A stretch of DNA of 64,000 nt from Octopus sinensis (taxonomy: Eukaryota). The first letter of the stretch is position 1; every line of letters begins with the position of its first letter. Positions 52,621 through 64,000 of the stretch are shown here, piece after piece. The notes beneath the pieces were generated by a model. That model had not been told where the DNA came from and made no database searches. It saw nothing but the letters and a program-made list of their open reading frames with translations. The translations under genes were made by a program, and so were the position numbers. The stretch spans positions 83,762,001 to 83,826,000 of the forward strand of contig NC_042999.1 in NCBI RefSeq assembly GCF_006345805.1, in the 5' to 3' direction.

Positions 52621-53603
52621 ATCTGCAGTCAGTGAAACGATTTCTTCATACTGAAGGTCTTATTTTAAAACTCACTAAACCAGATTTATTTGCAAATTTG
52701 TAGAAATCTTCTTGAGGTGGGATTTCTAGCTTTTTTCAAACGAATGATGTATTACATAATTTGGAGGAACATATGGGCTAAACATTCCAAGGAAACAAAC
52801 CTCATTTATTTGAAAGCCTTTAATCATGCAAAATGAATACTATTTGTAAGGAATTAAATTTAGTTTAATGTAATACATTATAGCATAATTCGGAACGACT
52901 AAAATTATACGGATAATCTTCTCGAAGACCAGCTTAAGGTTTATAACTAACCCCATACACGCATATGTATGTGTAAGCGTAATATGCATGTATATATATC
53001 ACAAAATATATTAATGATTGCATATACGATATCATATGAATTAAACGAAGAATCAACCCCAGTTTTGGACTGGTACGTTAATTATAGACAACAAAATAAT
53101 AAAAGTTTATCTGACGTCCAACCGATTTCACAGTCAACGACGTGTGCATTTATATGCGTATATGTATGTATATATGTATGCATGTATTACATAAACACGT
53201 ATACAAGTGTGTGTATATGTATATAGGTGAATGTACATATGACTATATATATATATATTATAAATATATATATGCTGATATGTCAGACCACAAGTCTATT
53301 ATTGAATTCATTTCTATCTATCTATCAATTTATCTACCTATCTATCTATTTACTTCCTTCTTTCTATATAGCTATTGATATACCTGCGTATTTATCTTGA
53401 TGTTTTGACACATGCGTACGAAAACACACTGATATATACTTATGTACATATACTATACAAATACATCCATACATCCTTATCTGCGCACACATATCTCTCT
53501 TATTGAATATATATATATATATTATATTATATGTTATATTTATGTAAATGTGTTGTGTGTGTATATATATATATATATAGTATAAATTATTATGTATATA
53601 TAC

Positions 53604-53703
<100 letters not shown>

Positions 53704-54130
53704 ACACATATCTTGCTATCTAACCCAACACCTATGATAAATGAATTAAGAATTAACTTTTGATACTTTATGGAACTATTCATCAAATATATCATTTTTC
53801 ATTTCTTATTTTTAGCGGTCCCTCTCCCCCACTCTCTCATCTGTCTCTTTCTTACTATCTCACCCACCTGGACGTCTCTTCCCATCTTTCAGTCTTTGTT
53901 ATTTTCTACCATATTTTTTTAACACGCTTCAACCGCCATATTATATTTCAAGTAATTTATTCATTAAACTTTCTGATCTCACCATCAGATAGAAGTGAAG
54001 TCCAGAATAATTCATAATAATCGCACACATACACGAAAACACGGACAATCACACAAATGCATATATTTGCGCACACGCACACACATACACAGACTTACAT
54101 GTATGTATGTATATTATATATATATATATA

Positions 54131-54177
<47 letters not shown>

Positions 54178-54526
54178 TGCGTGTATTTGCATAATAAAGT
54201 AATAAATAAGTATAATACAACATGAGAATAAACCGAAGAGATTTAAAAAATAATGACGTGGAAATTGGGAAAATATTCTCGAATTGTAAATATACATACA
54301 TTGGTACGCACACAAATACGTCAATGCATATATGTGTGTGTGTATTATATATATATATATATATATATACGCTTATATATATACAGAAATATATATACAT
54401 ATGTATGAATATTCATTACATATATATCTGCATATGCGCGTGGGTGCATGCACGCGCGCGCGTGTTCATATATTGTTATGTATATTATTACTTCGTATGC
54501 TATACACCTAACAATTGTTCTCTCCC

Positions 54527-54560
<34 letters not shown>

Positions 54561-54594
54561 GGTATCTATATATTTTTGTTTCTCTGCTTATATA

Positions 54595-54629
<35 letters not shown>

Positions 54630-54676
54630 TTATATGTATATATATATGTATATATATATAATATATATATATATAT

Positions 54677-54711
<35 letters not shown>

Positions 54712-55837
54712 ATACTGTAGTTCATTCTAAAGAAAAGCATTACACACGCCCAAACACACACACTCAGACACACGTCTCACACGAACACATATATTATAAT
54801 ATAATATAACACATATATTAGATATAGATATAACTATATGTATACATATATATAATATACGTGTGTGAGTGCGCACGCGCCCGCATTTAAATAAGCCTTG
54901 CCTTTCACTGTAGACTATCCATCATCTTCAAACAAATCTTTTTTTTTTCAAAATTTCGCGTCATATTTTATTTCCATTTTTTTAAAGCTATTATAAATCT
55001 TTCATTTCACATTTCTTGTTTTCCTTCTTCCTTACTTTCACTCTTTCGCTCTATCTTCGTTTTGTTTTGTTATCTTTATATCCAATATTTATTTTCACTT
55101 ATATATAATTTGAAGTGATTAAAAAACTTCCTCAGATTTCTTATGAATGCACCATGTCTTTTGATAATGTCATATATACATGTATGTATTATGTTGTAGA
55201 TGGTAGTGTCATCGGCTTTCAATGTTTTGATAGTTATTTTTGTTGTATGTGAGGTAGTTTCTCTCCAGTTCTTTGCGTTCAGGTTGTTATTAACGCTGAT
55301 AGTGATTTATTTGATGGCGATATTGTTGGTATATTTCCCAGATGGTGTTGTTTTTTCTTTTGTATAATATTCTTATTCATTTTTTTTTTTAATATTAATA
55401 TCTATTGATATGTTTTGCTTTCCTTGAAGTTTAATTAAGTTTTGTTAAAACTGTAGAAAAATAAATAAATTTTAAGAAGAATCAACGGAAACTGGAAATG
55501 AAAATAATGAAAATTAGAAAACAACGAACATTTTTGAATTCCTTTTCATTTGGTGAAGTTTGAAAGTGAGAAATAGATTTCCTCTGACGTTTACAATTCA
55601 TGTTCAGAGTGAGAAAAGTAAGCGAAAGTTCTCCAGTGTCGAAATATTAAACGGAGATTCTTTACAAATTCAAATCATATATACAGCAAAAACACCATAT
55701 ATATATATATATGTACAGTTAATTCAAAAAACACAGAGTAAAAATAAACAAACGTGGGAACGTAACAAAAGCAATATATTAGTATGATTTTCGTATATAT
55801 GTATGTGTGTGTATGTATGTATACGGGTATGTATGCA

Positions 55838-55882
<45 letters not shown>

Positions 55883-55953
55883 CTCCTTCTATCTGTATGT
55901 ACATATATAATGTATGTGTATATATATATATAATGTATGTGTATATATATAAT

Positions 55954-56007
<54 letters not shown>

Positions 56008-56051
56008 ATGTATATATGTATATGTGAGTGTATGTGTGTGTGTATGTGTGT

Positions 56052-56380
56052 GAAGGCGCATGGCTCAGTGGTTAGAGCGTCGAGCTTACGATCGTGAGGT
56101 TGTGAGTTCGATTCCCGGACTGTGCTGCGTGTTGTGTTCTTGAACAAAACACTGTGTTTTACGTTGCTCCAGTTAACTCAGCTGTAGAAATGAGTTGCGA
56201 CATCACTGGTGCTAAGCTGTATCGGCCCTTGCCTTTCCCTTGGATAACATTAGTGGTGTGGAGGGGGGAGGCTGGTGTGCATGGGCGACTGCTGGCCTTC
56301 CACAAACAACCCTGCCCCGACTTATGCCTGGGAGGCTAGCTTTCTAGGTGCAATCCCAGGGTCATACATGACCGAAGGGA
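56052..56380 (+). mobile_element. tRNA-derived SINE family D
   Basis: A-box TGGCTCAGTGG (56061), B-box GTTCGATTCC (56106), central gtgttcttgaacaaaacac block, tail ctaggtgcaatccc...gaccgaaggg. No CCA end or 3' acceptor stem, so not a tRNA gene. Confidence 0.85.
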
Positions 56381-56438
56381 ATATGCTTCAATACACGAAC
56401 TCACATAAAAAATCTGGCAAAACAAATCCCAAAACGAA

Positions 56439-56509
<71 letters not shown>

Positions 56510-57208
56510 AATATATATATATACACCTCAAGTATGTATGCTTCTATGTATGTAGCATGTATGAAGAGATACATGTTCTATTGTTAAGACAGATGATTAT
56601 TGAAATCGCTGCAGGAAGAAAAGCTTTGGGCCACCCAGATACTGAACTCAGAGAAATCCATAGCCACCCAATATGGTTTAGTTTCTCTTTCATAGCACTT
56701 TAAATAAATGCAGATATGTCACCATATGCATCCCTTGTACAGAGTGTAGAAGTATCATACCATTGCCTCTCTTTGCTCGCTGTATATAATACAGTATAGC
56801 ATATATTAATGGAAAATATAGACTGAGTCGACCAGGGTCCGATTAATCAAAGATCTCGCTTCCCAAATTGCAGCGGTAAAAAGGTTCACTAGAATGTAAG
56901 GAAATAGACCTATATCTAGTCAGGTGAAATAACAGATTATTACAAAACACAAACATCCATATTGTGACTCTTTATTCAGACCAGCAATGTTGTGATATGG
57001 GGCACATATGTTTTGGAAGTGGGAATAAAGACACGATGTACATGGGGAGATATCTAAATTTATAATACACACACACACACACACACATATTTACAAACAT
57101 AGAAAATATTTGTGAAGATATTATTGACTCTGTTATTATCCAGTGTAACAATTATAAATGATAATAATATAATCAATAATGTAAGAAATTGCAGACCCAA
57201 AAAGCATA

Positions 57209-57445
57209 CATATACACACACGCACATACATTCACACACATATACACACATACACACACACATACATATATATTTGATGTATATGTATACATATACACAC
57301 ACGCACATACATTCACACACAGATACACACATACACACACATACACACACACATACATATATATTTGATGTATATGTATACATATACACACACGCACATA
57401 CATTCACACACAGATACACACATACACACACACATACACACATAT
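57209..57445. repeat. Higher-order minisatellite (81-91 bp unit, ~2.7 copies) built from CA/TA microsatellite
   Basis: Units start at 57209, 57290 and 57381 with catatacacacacgcacatacattcacacaca; the first two end in tatatttgatgtatatgtata. Confidence 0.85.
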
Positions 57446-57759
57446 ATAAAGTATAAGGGATTAAGAATCCAGAGGAAACATGCTTTAACGCGTCAATGAA
57501 GAGAATTAAACCAGGTCTACAACATTGGCCAGTGAAAGATGAAGAAATCCAGATAATCCGTCCCTAAGAAACACTCACATTTATGCTTATATATATATGC
57601 GTGTGTGAGTGCATGTGTGTGTGCGCGCGTGTGTGTATGTGTGTGTGTCCATGCATGCGTGTGTGTCTGTGCCTGCGTATGTTAGTGTATGTGTCTACAG
57701 TAATCAACATTGGGGATGCAAAAATGTAGCTCCCTAATACTGAGCAAATCGTTAAATGC

Positions 57760-57957
57760 AGTGTGCCTCACAGAGACAAATGCATTGTTATGAATGATTT
57801 CACAATCCATGTACGTGAGCTGTGGTATAAATTAGAATCTTGTCACTTTATGCGTCTTTCAAAGTCTCATCATTATCAACAGCATGTTGAAACTGAAGAC
57901 AGAACGCTAAGGGACCAGAAAGCATCTACCCTTGAAGCACTGGTATTTGTAGACTAG
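57760..57957 (+). pseudogene. Possible very degenerate L2/CR1 APE fragment
   Basis: KCIVMNDFTIHV...HYQQHVE...TLEALVF loosely resembles I.GDFNIHV...QHV..PT....LDLV. Confidence 0.35.
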
Positions 57958-58781
57958 TGCTAGCCAGGTAGCAGAGTAAGGATGATGAACATATTACATG
58001 TACTGTGCAGTCCAAAAAAGGCTTTGCTCAAAGACACCCTTCACAGATAGAGTAGGGTCAGATCTTTTACGTCCGTTTAGCTGGTTACAGTCCAATAAGA
58101 AACAGAATTATACTGTTGGACATGTTTCACCCTATTACTTTTTAACTTCCCACTATTTCATCGATATCTCTGAAAAGAGTATCGACCAGGAACTGGAATA
58201 GTGGGAAACACACGCAAAAGAACATGAAGTATATGTGTATGATGGTCTTTGTTTCGCACCACAGTGCTAAGAATAAACGTGTCTAGTAAGCTAAAAAGGA
58301 AACACCAAGACTGATTTGATTGTGGGCATAACAAATCACACTGCGAGAGCAACGTAGACGTGTTCGTTAGGATTATTTGAAACAAATCCTGTCACTTGGA
58401 CATAGATCAGCAACATCGTGATCCTATTAAAAGCAAAGATCTTTAACATGGAAAATACACTCGTACAGATAAACTTTCACTGGTTCTGACACGTCCGAAA
58501 ATAAAGAAAGTTTGGTTACCAAGACAAATTGTCTACTCAGAGGCGGTTAGTGGTACGAGGGGCTTAGTATACACCGAATATAATAAAAGGCCATCTTCAA
58601 GCTCTGACAGATACAGCTGAACCATAACAGGTCCATAATCTTCAATGAAACGAATACTCACTGCGTAGCATTGAAACCTCTAACAACTACCATAAATATT
58701 TTCTCAAAGACATCTATTGAGTCCTTTTTCATTGATACATTTTTTCTCTCTTTTTCTCTCCCATTACAGCTCTCTCTCTCT

Positions 58782-58813
<32 letters not shown>

Positions 58814-58874
58814 TGCACAAAGATGCACAAAAACACACACGCACGCACACACACATAGATACACACGCGGGTAT

Positions 58875-59738
58875 ATTATAGGCCCGAAATTTTAGGGGAG
58901 GGGGCCAGTCGATTAGATCGACCCCAGTACACAACTAGTACTTAATTTATCGACCCCGAAAGTATGAAAGATAAAGACGACCTCGGTGGAATCTGAACTT
59001 AGAACTTAAGGACAGACGAAATACCTATTTATTTACTGCCCACAAGGGGCTACACACAGAGGGGACAAACAAGGACAGACAAACGGATTAAGTCGAATAT
59101 ATCGACCCCAGTACGTAACTGGTACTTATTTAATCGACCCCGAAAGGATGAAAGGCAAAGTCGGCCTCGGCGGAATTTGAACTCGGAACGTAGCAGCAGA
59201 CGAAATACCGCTAAGCATTTCGCCTGGCGTGCTAACGTTTCTTATTTCTTTATTACCCACAAGGGGCTATACATAGCGGGGACAAACAAGGCCAGACAAG
59301 GGGATTAAGTCGATAGCATCAACCACAGTGCGTAACTGGTACTTATCTAATCTAAAGGATGAAAGGCAAAGTCGACCTTGTCGGAATTTGAACTCACAAC
59401 GTAACGGCAGACGAAATACCGCTAAGCATTTTGCCAGCTCACCGCCTTACGGGAATATTATATTATGTTATATATATATATATATATATATATATAATGT
59501 AGTATTCATACGCAGATATATACAAATATTGGTTTCAAGTTTTGGCACAAGGCCAGCAATTTTCGTTAAGCGGGTAAGTCGATTACATCGACCCTAGTGC
59601 TTGGATGATAGGCAAGTGGACCTCGGCGGAATTTGAACTCAGATGGTAAAGACGAGTGGAATGCGGGTAAGCATTTTGTCTGGCATGCGGGTAAGCATTT
59701 TGTCTGGCATGCTAACGATTCTATCAGTTCGCTACCTT
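58875..59738 (-). mobile_element. Cluster of four same-strand SINE family B copies
   Basis: Copies at ~58875-59025, 59026-59237, 59238-59450 and 59525-59738, carrying three different tail types. Confidence 0.9.
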
Positions 59739-59946
59739 GTGTATATGAAAACGATATATTCTAACAAGATACCTTTCTTGAGATTGTCATCTCAAAGTCA
59801 GTGTTATACTCTAGTTAAATGGATTGAGCGATTTTTGAAAGAATATAGGCGTGTTTTATATATAACTATAATTAACAAATGCATTAACATATACACTCAC
59901 ACACACACACACACACATACACACACACACACACACACACATGTAT

Positions 59947-59982
<36 letters not shown>

Positions 59983-60046
59983 CATGTGTATATGTGTATA
60001 TATATATATATGTGTATATATATGTGTATATATATATATGTGTATA

Positions 60047-60087
<41 letters not shown>

Positions 60088-61183
60088 ATATATATGTGTA
60101 TATAATATATATATAATATATATATATATATACACATAAAAATGTCTACATCTGTTTTGAGCAAGCGCCTGTAGATCAAACGGGGAACGGTACTTTCTAT
60201 GGGGTCTTGCAATTTATTCCTAACAATTTATTCCTAACGGATTGTTCTGTTAAAGACACATAATGCAAAATGCTTCAGCGGACCTTCAGACGTCGGTGTT
60301 TTGCTTCTTCCTAACTGTGATCATACGTGGATGTATCCGTCATTTTCTTTATCGCTTTTAGTCGATAACCTATTAGAGTTACACAAAAGATTTCACTGTA
60401 CATATAACATTTTGTTTATTTTCGGATACAATTATAGTACTAAATTTATTTTAATGATATGTTCAAAATATATTGGCATACAAGCACTAATCTATCAAAA
60501 AATCGTTACCTAATAGGCAAAATAAATACATAAATAAACGGAAGAATAAACAAACTTATAATGATCCATCATATGATAGTTTATTTCAGTTAGAAGTCAT
60601 TATCGAGGTAAGATAAGAAGAATGCATTTGCTACATTTCAGAACAGAAATAAACAAATAATCTTTTTCTTTAATATAATTTATTATTTAAATTACTGAAT
60701 AGAAAATATAAAAAAGAACGTAAATTCAGTTACTGGATGATATGAATATCGCTTTCTACTTTCCAGCTTTGCGTTGATAGATGTCATGTTCTCTGCCATT
60801 TTGTTATAAATAACTTATGGAATTCTTATAGAATTAAATTAAATTGAATTAAATTAAATTAAGTTAAATGTATTGTCATTGTGTATTTTACAAGACATGA
60901 TGTATGGCTTACAATACATCAGATAGGAAAATTGTATAAGAAACCATACAGAATATAAATTAATAATTTTTGTTCTTACAAAAAAGTTTCGTCTTACTAC
61001 TGTAAATAGAGTTTTGTGTTAAAAAGTAAATTCACTGCAACCATTGGCTGAAATTATTTAATTGAGCGATTGAGAGTGTGTATTTGTGCGTGTGTGTGTG
61101 TGTGTGTGTGTGCGTGTGTGTGTGTGTGCGTGGATGAATTATGCTTATAAAATGTCTTTTATTGTCTGTGACCATTCAACAAT

Positions 61184-61237
<54 letters not shown>

Positions 61238-61875
61238 TACATATGTGTGTGTGTGTATGTGTGCATGTACTCACTTATATATGCAAAGAAAACACGTAGT
61301 TATGCGCCTTCCTATCAGGTGTCGTAGGGGAGACACTTTGAAGGCTATATCCAGCCCAAAATATTCGGCCCGTTTCATGCTCAAACTGATCACATCCAGC
61401 CACTCACACCTACTCTACAATGTCATTCTAAAAATAAACGACCACATCATTGGAGTCTCAAAGCTGTGAGATGATAAATGATTAATTCAAACCGATATGA
61501 ATAAATAAGCATTACATTTGACAGAATAATCTGTATGTCAAAGAATTAAGTTAATGTGAGATTGAATCGCAAAACGAAAAGAGAAGATACCGAATACTCA
61601 ATATATTTTTACACATTATAAAGACCATAAAATGGTCGGTCATTCGTAAGCGTATATAGCTACATTTACACACACACACAGATATTCATCTATAACTTGT
61701 ATATCATTGTGCGTATATATATGTACATGTGTACACACACACAAGCACATGCAGTTATCTATACTATATATAGTTATGGTGATGCAAACACGAAAATAGA
61801 ACTCACACCATAAGTATATATGTACGTTTTGCATTAATAACTGGTAGACGCCTAGAGTGAGTTAAGGGCCGAGAG

Positions 61876-61877
<2 letters not shown>

Positions 61878-61943
<66 letters not shown>

Positions 61944-61949
61944 ATATAT

Positions 61950-61996
<47 letters not shown>

Positions 61997-62019
61997 TACA
62001 TACATATACATATATATAC

Positions 62020-62057
<38 letters not shown>

Positions 62058-62066
62058 TTATATATA

Positions 62067-62122
<56 letters not shown>

Positions 62123-62166
62123 GTATCTATGTATGTATATATAGATACACACATATAATATATATA

Positions 62167-62203
<37 letters not shown>

Positions 62204-62262
62204 TGTGTATTTATATACATATATATATATATATGTATGTATCTATGTATGTATATATAGAT

Positions 62263-62305
<43 letters not shown>

Positions 62306-62335
62306 ATATATGTAAATGTATATTTATATACATAT
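61878..62335. repeat. Long degenerate (TA)n microsatellite
   Basis: Direct inspection; abuts the 3' tail of the CR1 LINE. Confidence 0.95.
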
Positions 62336-62340
62336 GTATA

Positions 62341-64000
62341 TAAACTTAGATAAACTTAGATATGTTTCGACCAAAGATTGGTCCAGGCCATGTCTAACTT
62401 AATAGCACCACCTGATAGGATTATTCGAATCCTGTTTAAGTCAAGTTTTGTTCAAGTAGTGAGTTTTTGTTGGGTGAGTTGTATCCAGTTTTGTTCAAGT
62501 AGTGAGTTCTTGTTGGGTGAGTTGTATACAATTATGGGTGGCTTATCTGGTATTCTTTGAAAGAATCTATCCAGACTCTGTTTAAAGTTGATGGGATCCT
62601 GTTCCTTCTTTGATCTCCCTTGGGACAATGTTAAATAGGGCAGGGCCTGTTGAGGAAAAGAAATTATGTTGCAGTGTACATGTATGTTGTGATCTTGAAT
62701 TGGTCAGGGGACGTATAGCCCGTGGTCCAAGTCTTGGATGAACCTTGAAGCTAATGTTTAGGTCGTTTGGACAAAGTTGGCGGTATATTTTCCATATCGT
62801 ACAAATGATGTACCGCTCACGGCGACGCTTGAGGGAGCAAAGTTTCAAGGCTTTAAGGCGATCCCAATAATCGAGAGCAGCCATGCCTTCAATCTGTTTA
62901 GTGAGTGCCCTCTGGGGTGACTCAATTCTGGAGATGTTTTGTCTAGTGTGAGGAGACCACAGTGGGCAGCAGTATTCAAGGTGTGGCCGTACAAAGGAGG
63001 AAAAAAGTGGTATGATGACACCTTGTTCTCTGGACCGGAAAGTTCTTAAGATCCAGGAACTCATCCTACGAGCTATATCGACCTTCTTGTTGATGTGTGC
63101 ACTCCAACTGAGATCGTCATCAACAATTACACCCAGGTCTCTGATATTGTTAGAGGCTGTGAGCGGTTCCCCTGAAGGAAGAGAGTATGGTTGTTTTAGT
63201 GAGGAATTTCTTCCAAAATGCATCAGCTCAAATTTTCCCTCATTCAGTTGCATTTTGTTTCTGTCTGCCCATTGACTCACAGCATATAGATCAGACTGGA
63301 GTTGAGTTCGGTCTGCTTCTTCATTGACGATTTGCTGGAGCTTAGTGTCATCAGCAAATATTTTCAATTTGCAGTAATGTACGACACTGGAAAGGTCGTT
63401 TACGTAATTTATGAAGAGTAGCGCACCCAAAACAGTTCCCTGGGGAACACCGCTGGTGACTTTTGCTGGGTTTGAGTGGACTCCATCAACTACAACATGT
63501 TGTGTTCTATTCGCCAGGAAATACTTAATCCAGTGTAGAACTTTTCCACGGATTCCAACGTTTGCCAATTTTGAGAGTAGGATATTATGGTCTACCCTGG
63601 CGAACGCTTTACTGAAGTCAAGATATATGACGTCAGAGTTCGAACCTGTTCCCAAGGCTTTGAGTACATCTTCAATGTGGTGTAAGAGCTGTGTTAGACA
63701 GTCCCTGCCACAGCGAAAGCCATGCTGATTTGCATTTAGGAGTTTGTGGGTCTCCAGGAAGTCAGCTATCCTTGATCTTAACACTCTTTCAAACACTTTA
63801 ATGATGTGGGGGGTGAGTGAGATTGGGCGATAGTTGACTGCGAGGGATCTGTTTCCCTGTTTGAAAACCGGGATGACCGACTGGGATAGAAACTGTTTCG
63901 GTATATAACCTGCGTCTAACGAATTTTCCAGAGGTTGGTCAGAGGGACTGCAAGTTGGTATCTACATTCCTTCAGGAGACTAGCGGGAAATCTATCAGGG
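62341..64000 (-). mobile_element. CR1-group LINE, 3' portion of ORF2 plus 3'UTR (continues beyond the window)
   Basis: RT motifs NYRPISLT, QHGFR, YLDFSKAF, GVPQGTVLG, FADDTKL and LGV...LSW; tail (TAAACTTAGA)2 at 62341-62360. Confidence 0.95.
62582..63796 (-). CDS. Reverse transcriptase domain of CR1-group LINE ORF2 (404-aa open segment between two frameshifts)
   Basis: Uninterrupted ORF with catalytic FADD. The upstream frame PDRFPASLLKECRYQLAVPLTNLWK shifts near 63925; the C-terminal frame DPINFKQSLDRFFQRIPDKPP shifts near 62600. Confidence 0.9.
   Translation of the reverse strand: MFERVLRSRIADFLETHKLLNANQHGFRCGRDCLTQLLHHIEDVLKALGTGSNSDVIYLDFSKAFARVDHNILLSKLANVGIRGKVLHWIKYFLANRTQHVVVDGVHSNPAKVTSGVPQGTVLGALLFINYVNDLSSVVHYCKLKIFADDTKLQQIVNEEADRTQLQSDLYAVSQWADRNKMQLNEGKFELMHFGRNSSLKQPYSLPSGEPLTASNNIRDLGVIVDDDLSWSAHINKKVDIARRMSSWILRTFRSREQGVIIPLFSSFVRPHLEYCCPLWSPHTRQNISRIESPQRALTKQIEGMAALDYWDRLKALKLCSLKRRRERYIICTIWKIYRQLCPNDLNISFKVHPRLGPRAIRPLTNSRSQHTCTLQHNFFSSTGPALFNIVPREIKEGTGSHQL

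Noticed and set aside
56052-56125. tRNA-like sequence
   Set aside because: Has A and B boxes but no closed acceptor stem and continues into a SINE body; the same holds for 46857 and 30790.
63012-63728. Plus-strand ORFs overlapping the LINE
   Set aside because: Antisense shadow frames of the RT ORF.

Overview
AT-rich, repeat-dense eukaryotic genomic DNA, not prokaryotic: no operons, rRNA, true tRNA genes or CRISPR arrays. The SINE families and very high microsatellite load resemble coleoid cephalopod (Octopus-like) DNA; this is an inference from pattern recognition, not a database result. No host protein-coding exon could be supported, so the window is intergenic or lies in a very large intron. 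Almost all ORFs in the supplied track are microsatellite translations. The real coding remnants are all mobile elements: a near-intact CR1-group LINE RT (62.3-64 kb), an internally deleted CR1 (51.5-52.6 kb), CR1/RTE/APE scraps, several R4/Dong-like restriction-endonuclease (RLE) retrotransposon fragments, a Penelope-like remnant, three Tc1/mariner elements, two non-autonomous Helitron-like elements, a long-TIR element with an 8-bp TSD, and at least four tRNA-headed SINE families. The most interesting signals are: (i) hammerhead-ribozyme-like motifs, including an 83-bp inverted pair at 36.6-36.8 kb; (ii) four same-strand RLE fragments, each starting at or shortly after a (TACA)n tract; (iii) a 3' stem-loop shared, with a changed but still paired stem, between a SINE family and CR1 LINEs; (iv) a Merlin-like TIR element whose removal rejoins a reading frame.
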